Shown one piece after another: positions 19,398 through 26,559 of a DNA stretch of 32,000 nt. Within the stretch, counting starts at the first letter, position 1. Every line of letters starts with the position of its first letter. This DNA comes from an uncultured archaeon (GTDB lineage: Archaea > Asgardarchaeota > Thorarchaeia > Thorarchaeales > Thorarchaeaceae), in assembly GCA_964354495.1 (NCBI GenBank), contig CAYHAA010000010.1:1-32000 (forward strand), written 5' to 3'. Under the pieces are notes generated by a model, which saw only the letters and a list, made by a program, of their open reading frames with translations, was not told the DNA's origin and did not search any database. Position numbers and translations under genes: made by a program.

Positions 19398-20687
19398 GTG
19401 AAACATCAGCTGCAACTAGTCGCGCTTGCTGAAGAGGAGTCTTTTCAGTCTGAAAATAACCATGAGGCAAGCTCCGCAGCAGTGGTCATCGTGAATTCGG
19501 ATGACGATTTCAACACATCAGGTTGGACAGGAAATGGAACAATCGACAATCCGTATGTGCTTGCCAATAAGACGATAGAAGGCGAGCGTTGTATTCAGAT
19601 AGAAGATACGCGTTGTCATTTCAGGATCGAGAATTGTACACTGGATGCAGTCTACTATGGCATTACTCTCTTCAATGCCACTAATGCTGTTTTGATTGAC
19701 TGCACCATAGACTCTGAACAATTGTGCATATCTGTACATTTGGTGACAAATGCAAGTATTCTACATAATTCAATCTATTCAGCTGAAAGGGGGATTGAAA
19801 TTGAACAGTCGAGTCTATGCGGCGTGGTCAATAACAGCATTGAAACACGTTGTACTGGAGTTGCTCTGTTTTTTTCAGGTCAGTGCCACATCGCGAACAA
19901 TTCAGTATCATGTAGCATTGAAGAGAACTTGGTCCTCTCGAAAAGCAATAGTACTAGTGTCATAGAGAATACGTTTCTAGGGGGGGACAGCGGGCTATTT
20001 TCTTGGGAAAGCCACGATTGTGATATATTCAATAATACAATTGCCAGCAATGGATATGCAATTCATGTACGGGAATCATCAAACGGCTCCATTATTGGTA
20101 ACCAATTTGGTAGTGTAGCGGGTGAGACTGCTCTTGATGATGGAACCGATAATTCGTGGGATGATGGTGTATCTCTGGGAAATGCATGGCTTGATTATGA
20201 TGGGATTGGAGAATATCAAATACCTGGAATGGCCAATAGCATAGATCATTTTCCAACAAAGTTCGAACCACTGTTTCCGATGGATTTTGATGGTCCGTCT
20301 ATTAGTATTCCTTTCTATTTTGTCCATTTTGATTATATTGGTGAAATACCCGCCTCATACAGGTTTTGTGCCACTGTGACTGACCCATCCGAAGTGGACA
20401 CAGTCATCATCACTGTAAATGGAGGGGCTCACGTAATGAACCATCAACCCACCCCTGAGGATCCAGACCTCTATATCTTTGATTATCCCAATCCAGGTGC
20501 GATGAGGCACTCCTATTGGGCAAATGACAGTGTGGGGCATTCATCTGCTACCGAAGAGGGTTTTATTTCAATGGGGATCATTGCAGGTACCGTACAAGAT
20601 ACGGCGAGGCTATACATGACAATCGGTGGCCTTCTGGTGCTCGTCGGAGCCATTGTTGTATTAGTACGACGACTAAGGCCAAAGTAG
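19398..20687 (+). CDS. NosD-like beta-helix surface protein, copy 2 (5' end extends to about 19320, start disrupted or CTG)
   Basis: Colinear with 537-1916; signal peptide and LAGC are in frame upstream of 19398, but there is a 1-nt deletion relative to the TTG start of copy 1. Confidence 0.85.
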   Translation: MKHQLQLVALAEEESFQSENNHEASSAAVVIVNSDDDFNTSGWTGNGTIDNPYVLANKTIEGERCIQIEDTRCHFRIENCTLDAVYYGITLFNATNAVLIDCTIDSEQLCISVHLVTNASILHNSIYSAERGIEIEQSSLCGVVNNSIETRCTGVALFFSGQCHIANNSVSCSIEENLVLSKSNSTSVIENTFLGGDSGLFSWESHDCDIFNNTIASNGYAIHVRESSNGSIIGNQFGSVAGETALDDGTDNSWDDGVSLGNAWLDYDGIGEYQIPGMANSIDHFPTKFEPLFPMDFDGPSISIPFYFVHFDYIGEIPASYRFCATVTDPSEVDTVIITVNGGAHVMNHQPTPEDPDLYIFDYPNPGAMRHSYWANDSVGHSSATEEGFISMGIIAGTVQDTARLYMTIGGLLVLVGAIVVLVRRLRPK

Positions 20688-20715
20688 CTGATGCTAATCA
20701 ATGGTTCTCTGATGA

Positions 20716-20971
20716 CACGGTTTGGAAATTCGCAAAAAGAGGAGAGAGAGTTGGCGGCATGGAAGCCCACCAACTCCTTTGCCGGTTCTACCTCATCGTC
20801 TGAACCCATTCATACACAGGCTCGCAGAGCTTCTTCATGCGCTCCTCCTCGGGCGTCATCCCCACGCTTGGTTTCCAGCCCTCAGCTGGCTGGAAGCACC
20901 AATCGGCCCCTGTGCCCTGGCGCTCATTCCCTGGAATCCAGACCACTCCTACAGGCATGCCCGAACTCTGC
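20716..20971. repeat. Junction repeat R10
   Basis: + TGGAAATTCGCA; GAGTTGG-N15-CCAACTC at 20748-20776; - strand GMPVGVVWIPGNERQGTGADWCFQPAEGWKPSVGMTPEEERMKKLCEPVYEWVQTMR*. Confidence 0.92.
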
Positions 20972-20977
20972 TTCTCC

Positions 20978-22348
20978 TTACTGAATCTTCTGCTCGCGGA
21001 ACCACTGATCACAAACCGTCTTGACTAATCTGTTGTGAGGCTCAATCTCCAAAGCACGCTTCATTGATTTTTCTGCTTCCTTCCTCCGACCAAGTCTACC
21101 TAACGCACTGCCCCGAGCAGTCCAGGGTAATCCTGAAGCGGGAATTGCCATAATGGCTTCTTCAATTAATGGTAAAGCTTCTTCACATTTGCCACGTTCT
21201 ACAAGAAGATCAACAAGCATCAGCTTGCTCCTAGGATCATCTGGATAGTCTATGATAGTATGGCGGAGGACTTGCTCAGCTTCATCGTATCTTTCTTGTG
21301 GCGCCAAGGGGTATCCTTTGCCAAGAGATTGCACCATAGTTGCCAGTTTCTGAGCGACGTCGTCGGAAATATAACGGACTCTCTTTTCTCCTGTGTCCTG
21401 GTCTGCAACAGCAACTCTGACGCTCTTGGCATAAGCGGACTGAGCCTCCTCGTCTCTGCCACCAATTTCCTGTAGAACACAATATAGATTCGACCAGGAT
21501 ACTCTTTGTGATGGGTCACTCTCTACTGCTTTTCGATATGCCTCCTCAGCCTCATGGAGTCGACCTTGATTATAGAGTCTAACTCCCAGATTGTGCCAAG
21601 CCTTTGCATTGTTTGGAGTAAACATCGTTGCGTTTCGATAGGCAACGACCTCTTCATCAATCAGCTCTAGTCTATTCAAGACAAGTCCGAGCTCATTCCA
21701 GATGAGACCATCATATCGTGCAGATTCGAGATACTGTCGATATGCGTCCGCTGCTTTTTCAAACTGATTCATATTGGACAGTACAAAACCCAGGCCTTTC
21801 CAAGGGAGCGCATAATTGGGATCCAGATCAAGTGATTTCCTAAATGCCATCTCAGCCTCCCGAAATGACCCCTGTTCTGCTAGAGCGAAACCTAGATTGC
21901 CCCAAGATCGTTGATCACCCGGATTACACGCTATGGCCTTCGTGAAGGCATCTTCAGCCAGTTTTGCACGTCCGGTTCCTTTGTATATATTTCCAAGGTT
22001 GAACCAGGCCGCGTAGTTCTGAGGGGCGAGAGTAGTAGATTGTTTGAATGCACGCTCAGCATCATCAAGACGAGAAAGGGATAGAAGTAACGAGCCGTAA
22101 TTCGTCCAAGTGGTTCCTTTGGTACTGCCTAGATTTACGGAACATTCAAAGGCCTCTAAAGCCTCATCCGCCCGACCTTGCATCATCAAGACGAGTCCGA
22201 GTAATCCCCATCCCTCAGATGAGTTCTTGCTCTTCGCAAGCAGCTCTCTGCAGCATTTCTCAGCTTCGTTGTTGTTGCCCTGCTCTGCCAACTCCCAAGC
22301 ACGGGAAATCGACTCCTTTTCTTCATCATTCATTTTACATGCCTTCAT
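20978..22348 (-). CDS. Tetratricopeptide repeat protein
   Basis: Many 34-aa repeats (AWFNLGNIY, SWGNLGFAL, PWKGLGFVL, AWHNLGVRL). Confidence 0.92.
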   Translation of the reverse strand: MKACKMNDEEKESISRAWELAEQGNNNEAEKCCRELLAKSKNSSEGWGLLGLVLMMQGRADEALEAFECSVNLGSTKGTTWTNYGSLLLSLSRLDDAERAFKQSTTLAPQNYAAWFNLGNIYKGTGRAKLAEDAFTKAIACNPGDQRSWGNLGFALAEQGSFREAEMAFRKSLDLDPNYALPWKGLGFVLSNMNQFEKAADAYRQYLESARYDGLIWNELGLVLNRLELIDEEVVAYRNATMFTPNNAKAWHNLGVRLYNQGRLHEAEEAYRKAVESDPSQRVSWSNLYCVLQEIGGRDEEAQSAYAKSVRVAVADQDTGEKRVRYISDDVAQKLATMVQSLGKGYPLAPQERYDEAEQVLRHTIIDYPDDPRSKLMLVDLLVERGKCEEALPLIEEAIMAIPASGLPWTARGSALGRLGRRKEAEKSMKRALEIEPHNRLVKTVCDQWFREQKIQ

Positions 22349-22457
22349 TTAACGACATAACTAGCTGCTGTTATTTCTTTTGTTTTCACAAACGAAGGCG
22401 CATATCTTCATGTGGTCTTTCATCACATTTGATTTGTCAGCAGACAGATTTCCGGTT

Positions 22458-22920
22458 TTCTGGCATGGCAAAGAAACGAATTGGAAGTTCGCTGAAGAAT
22501 AAAAGTGGCAGAACTGGAAGTCATAAGACAACCAGCTCTTGGGATTATCAGGTTACTTCATTGTCTGAACCCATTCATACACAGGCTCGCACAGCTTCTT
22601 CATCCGCTCCTTTTCAGGGGTCATCCCGACACTCGGTCTCCAGCCATCTGCCGGCTCGAACCAGAAGTCCGTGACGGTGCCCTGTCGGTCGTTCTTTGGT
22701 TTCCAGACGACCTTCACTGGCATGCCGAACTCAGCATCCCAGGGGGCGAGTCCCCGCAGCTCGTTCGCGATTGCAGTCTTGCAACCGTCAACGATGACGT
22801 ATGCAAGCACGAAGGGGAGGCGTTTCAGAGAACTCCGTCCTGACCACGCAGCGATAGTCCAAGTATGAACAGTGCCGCGCTGCGCCAGTGGCTGCCAAGT
22901 TGTACGCTCCAAGATGCAAT
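22458..22920. repeat. Junction repeat R11 (longest DUF35 arm)
   Basis: + FWHGKETNWKFAEE*; inverted repeat 22510-22539; DUF35 arm 22553-22920. Confidence 0.92.
22553..22920 (-). pseudogene. 5'-truncated Zn-ribbon/OB-fold (DUF35, ChsH2-like) gene
   Basis: GTVHTWTIAAW...LPFVLAYVIVDG...AEFGMPVKVVW is the DUF35 OB-fold pattern; the N-terminal Zn-ribbon is missing. Confidence 0.8.
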
Positions 22921-22954
22921 CCCTTCTAAACATGGAGATTACTTCTCCATCGTC

Positions 22955-24631
22955 TTAGTGCAGAGAATCAATTATGGTAGCAAGTTGTCGTAAAGATTGT
23001 GTCAACTCAATGACTACGGTTTCAATAGCTTTCGTCTTCGTCAATTCACCTAGATTAAAGCGCTTCATTTGTTTATTGAATTCATCCCCACTGCGGTGTG
23101 CAACCCCACTAGAACGAAGTTTTTGTACCATCCTTAAACCAAGTACAATTTGCTCCTTCTTTTCATCATCAACAGAAAGGTCTTCAAGATAAGCGGCAAG
23201 AAGGTCAATAGGTCCCTTAATTTCCCCTTTTGGATCTATTTTCTTCCCTGTTAATGAAGTCAGTAATTCTACATTTAATGAATCTGATGTGAGTTTTGCT
23301 AATGCCAAAATCTGGTCGTCAAACTCCCTCCAAGTATCTACTATTGGTGTTCGTATCCAATCTTCATTATGCTGGTCTCTGTCTCTAAGTGGTTTGATAA
23401 TTGGCTCATTGTATTCTTCAGAGGATTTCTTTTGAAGTAGTTCGAAAGTCTTTCGAAATTCATAGACTACATCGTTTTTCGGTTCGACGAGAATACCCAC
23501 AATATCTCTCATGAATACTTCATTAGGTATCATTCCATTAGATGCGACATTAAAACTCCGCCAATACATTTGTTCCTCATAAGATATGCGCCCTAAATCA
23601 CCCAGCCAGACCATAATCAATCCCTCATCTGTTCTGTTGTAATCTATCCCTAGTTTTTTCCATGAAGGTTGATTGATGTATTTGAATAGGACTTCCTTTC
23701 TAAAATAAACAGGAGTGAGAAAATGAACAGTTCCACGATCTTTGAAATAGCTACTGAGTTCTCTCTCATCACAGGTTTCTTCTTTCTCTTTTCCATTTTC
23801 ATCATGCCCTATTATGAATTGAACAAACCTACGGTCTTCTTCACCCGTAAGATAATACCAGTGTCGCTTGTCAGGCATTTGGTAGGGTTCCATGATATCC
23901 TTCCCAATAAGGCGAGAACTTGACTTGAACTCATCTGAAACTGTGTTCTTCCTAAGAATCAAATCAAAACACGAATGACTAGTCGCAATCCTATATACCC
24001 CCTGATGCTCTTCAGGAATTCCGTCAACTCCAACACGACGGTGGTCATGATATCTGACAAGATAGCTTTGATTTGCTGCGAGATAGTATTTTAGAAGATG
24101 AGCATTCATAAGGATCAAGGCTTCATCTTGTTTGGGATTCATAATTCTGACAACAGTTTCTGTATCCCCTTTTTCATTGATTCGTTGATAACTATGTTCA
24201 GACTCAACATAGAATGCATTGTAGTATAGAATGAAAGTCTGAGAAACCTCGAAGTGATCACGAGATTGGTCCTCAAACTCACGAAAAATCACAAGCGGTT
24301 GAAACGAAATATCATTAATGATTACATTTTGACCAGAACGATAGATAATCTCCTTCTTGTCAGATTCCTCAAAGAAGGGTGCACCAAAATAATCAGCACC
24401 ACTCCAGTTGATTTCCCAATCTGGATTCGAAATAAGTCTTTCCAAATGGCCTGATCCAACTGAAGCAAGAGCACAACGAGTCCGAAAATCGTCGATTTCT
24501 GGATTTTCCGAGTGTTGAGCTACTACTAGCCACTTCTTGGATTCATAGTTTTCCCTTTCAATCCAATCTTTAAAGGAGAGAAAGGGATACTTGTCAATAA
24601 CCTCTTTTGTACCTTCGTCATTACTTGCCAT
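22955..24631 (-). CDS. 558-aa hypothetical protein with a putative C-terminal HEPN motif
   Basis: Long ORF; likely start MASND at 24631; C-terminal LRMVQKLRSSGVAHR fits HEPN Rx4-6H. Confidence 0.7.
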   Translation of the reverse strand: MASNDEGTKEVIDKYPFLSFKDWIERENYESKKWLVVAQHSENPEIDDFRTRCALASVGSGHLERLISNPDWEINWSGADYFGAPFFEESDKKEIIYRSGQNVIINDISFQPLVIFREFEDQSRDHFEVSQTFILYYNAFYVESEHSYQRINEKGDTETVVRIMNPKQDEALILMNAHLLKYYLAANQSYLVRYHDHRRVGVDGIPEEHQGVYRIATSHSCFDLILRKNTVSDEFKSSSRLIGKDIMEPYQMPDKRHWYYLTGEEDRRFVQFIIGHDENGKEKEETCDERELSSYFKDRGTVHFLTPVYFRKEVLFKYINQPSWKKLGIDYNRTDEGLIMVWLGDLGRISYEEQMYWRSFNVASNGMIPNEVFMRDIVGILVEPKNDVVYEFRKTFELLQKKSSEEYNEPIIKPLRDRDQHNEDWIRTPIVDTWREFDDQILALAKLTSDSLNVELLTSLTGKKIDPKGEIKGPIDLLAAYLEDLSVDDEKKEQIVLGLRMVQKLRSSGVAHRSGDEFNKQMKRFNLGELTKTKAIETVVIELTQSLRQLATIIDSLH

Positions 24632-25013
24632 CTGTGTTGCTTCCAATAGTCTTTTGACTGAACTACTTCGTCCGCTAGTCCCTAACCCACACATGCATAC
24701 GGTCCCCATGGGCATTAATCTTATTCGTTTTGAGACCCAGGAAGAACCACCCTTATCTGTTTCTAAGCAAACACGGTTTAGTGCAGATGGAAACATCCCC
24801 GAGGCGTGGACAGAAACGATTTAGGTTTGATTCCGCAACAAAAGTGAGCTCACTTGCAGTTTGGTACTATAGGAGTATATAGAACGCATACATAGAACCT
24901 GATAATCCAAGTGCCACAGTTCATAGCTCCGATTTGGCAGCATAGGCTCTTTTGACTACATTCTTCGTAGTAATCAAGTTCCATAGTGGACTTCTAATGG
25001 CCTCCAAACTTCT

Positions 25014-25751
25014 TTGAACATCCTGAATATCATTCTATCAACAATATTTGGGAAGAAAAGGCGTATGTATGAACATGACTTGTGTGATTCCATGATCTCC
25101 CTCAAGAATGAACAGGAAGCTCAGAAGAAGCAAGAGATTGATGCTGCAGAAACATTGTTCAAACGTGGAAAGCAGCTCCTAGAGGATAAGAAACTCCTTG
25201 ATGCTCAAGACTGCTTTGGAAAGGCAATAGAACTTGACCCGTTCAATCGTGAGGCATTCAGACTGCACGAGGAACTCAGACTCAGACTGGGTCCGAGTGG
25301 AGATGAAGACTGTACAATCTTTGTTAGAGACCCCCATAGGCAGCTTGGAACCCTCATCCTCCACGCAGGTGAGTGCCATAGCTGGTTCCGGAGGGAGGTT
25401 CCGGGAGTCTACGACCTCGCAATGTATCTGGCTACTGAGAGGGGAGTCATCAATTACGAGAACCACCGGATTGTAGCCATCGTCATATGCGTCTTCAGCC
25501 ATCAATACGAAGCCGCAAAGGATTGCCTTGAAGAACTTGCGAGGAAAATTAGGACTCTTTGGAGAATCGGAGCCACTGTAAGACCAGCAGGGGGGGATGA
25601 GCTGCCTCCGTATTTTGAGGTGCTTCTGAAACCAGAATACGAGACTCAGGAAACTAATCGCCTCTCTTGCGAGAAGGAACTTCAGAACATGATTTTGGCG
25701 GCTTGTAAAGAAGAACAGGGGGGGGACACAGGTGGCGGAAGATCTGACTAA
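25014..25751 (+). CDS. Hypothetical protein with one TPR-like hairpin
   Basis: LFKRGKQLLEDKKLLDAQDCFGKAIELDPFN. Confidence 0.65.
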   Translation: MNILNIILSTIFGKKRRMYEHDLCDSMISLKNEQEAQKKQEIDAAETLFKRGKQLLEDKKLLDAQDCFGKAIELDPFNREAFRLHEELRLRLGPSGDEDCTIFVRDPHRQLGTLILHAGECHSWFRREVPGVYDLAMYLATERGVINYENHRIVAIVICVFSHQYEAAKDCLEELARKIRTLWRIGATVRPAGGDELPPYFEVLLKPEYETQETNRLSCEKELQNMILAACKEEQGGDTGGGRSD

Positions 25752-25868
25752 GCAATCATCAACAAGAGATCGAAAAGCGCTTCTCAGGAAACACAACGAT
25801 TGCAAGGGAACAGTGCAGCGCATCATCGGGCCGTTGAGAATCGATAGAGGCAAGGGGGAGATAGTCAA

Positions 25869-26501
25869 ATGACGGGCAAAGTTCAAGATGAGAAGAAGAC
25901 AGACCTCTGTGAGGACAGCCACCTCCCGAAGAGTGACTGCGAATGCTTAGTATGCAGTCCAGACTTCTTTGACATCAATCAGCTGCTGGTTGAATGTAGT
26001 ACTCTTGATAATGTGGTCAGAAAACTCGAATCTGCTCTTGACTTCTTTCACTACCTTCAACGCAATGGATTTGGAGCAGGAATCTCAACTGACAACGCAA
26101 CAATCAAACTGATTCCGTCGATTGTGGAGGATTACTCTTGGGTGAGATGCGAAGGGTGTGGCTATCCCGCGCTCGTTCCAAAAGGGGAGAATCAGGATAT
26201 TCTCTGCGAAGACTGCCACACCCTCATCTCATCCAGAAAGGAAGGAGTGGAACCATCATACTATGATGACCTCTTCGATTACATCGGACAGATGTTCGAG
26301 AAGGCCAGTGATGGCGAAAAACCACTGACCGAGGCGTATGGATTTACACGAGAGTTCTGCGAGATCTACGGGTTTGATTTCGAACTCATAAAGGCGCGTC
26401 TACAAGTAACGGGCGGATACGATGATGCAGAGGTATTGATGAACTCTCAGTTCATGATCCCACGATTTGATCTCTTACCGCTTCTGGAGGATTCAGAATG
26501 A
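25869..26501 (+). CDS. Cys-rich Zn-finger protein with a C-terminal DUF2695-like domain
   Basis: CECLVC and CEGC...CEDC motifs; FTREFCEIYGFDFELIKARLQVTGGYDDAEVLMN resembles DUF2695 (GGYCDCEV). Confidence 0.65.
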   Translation: MTGKVQDEKKTDLCEDSHLPKSDCECLVCSPDFFDINQLLVECSTLDNVVRKLESALDFFHYLQRNGFGAGISTDNATIKLIPSIVEDYSWVRCEGCGYPALVPKGENQDILCEDCHTLISSRKEGVEPSYYDDLFDYIGQMFEKASDGEKPLTEAYGFTREFCEIYGFDFELIKARLQVTGGYDDAEVLMNSQFMIPRFDLLPLLEDSE

Positions 26502-26559
26502 GGGAAATCAGACAAGACTACGAGAAACCAGAATCGTACGTACAGGAGATTGGTGACTG

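Larger units (their letters stand above)
257..22920. mobile_element. Cassette array: accessory gene cassettes separated by geneX-3'/inverted repeat/DUF35-3' junction repeats (R0-R11)
   Basis: Recurrent - strand peptide LC(E/Q)PV(Y/I)EWx(K/Q)TMK, + strand peptide ELHEFLWHGKxTxWKF and an intervening inverted repeat, each copy sitting between unrelated genes. Confidence 0.8.

Noticed and set aside
490-20780. Assembly artefact as the cause of the duplicated NosD, methyltransferase and small TM genes
   Set aside because: The copies differ at many positions throughout, with frames preserved. Artefacts would give near-identical copies.
257-22920. CRISPR array interpretation of the repeats
   Set aside because: Repeats are long, diverged and protein-coding, spacers are 0.5-7 kb genes, and no cas genes are present.
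257-22920. Classical integron
   Set aside because: No IntI or other tyrosine recombinase motif (R-H-R-Y) in any ORF, no consistent RYYYAAC/GTTRRRY boxes, and cassette genes lie in both orientations. Kept only as an analogy.
1946-22920. 5'-truncated retro-copies (target-primed reverse transcription) of DUF35 mRNA
   Set aside because: The repeats also include the tail of the convergent gene X with variable length, there are no poly-A tails or visible TSDs, and no reverse transcriptase is in the window.
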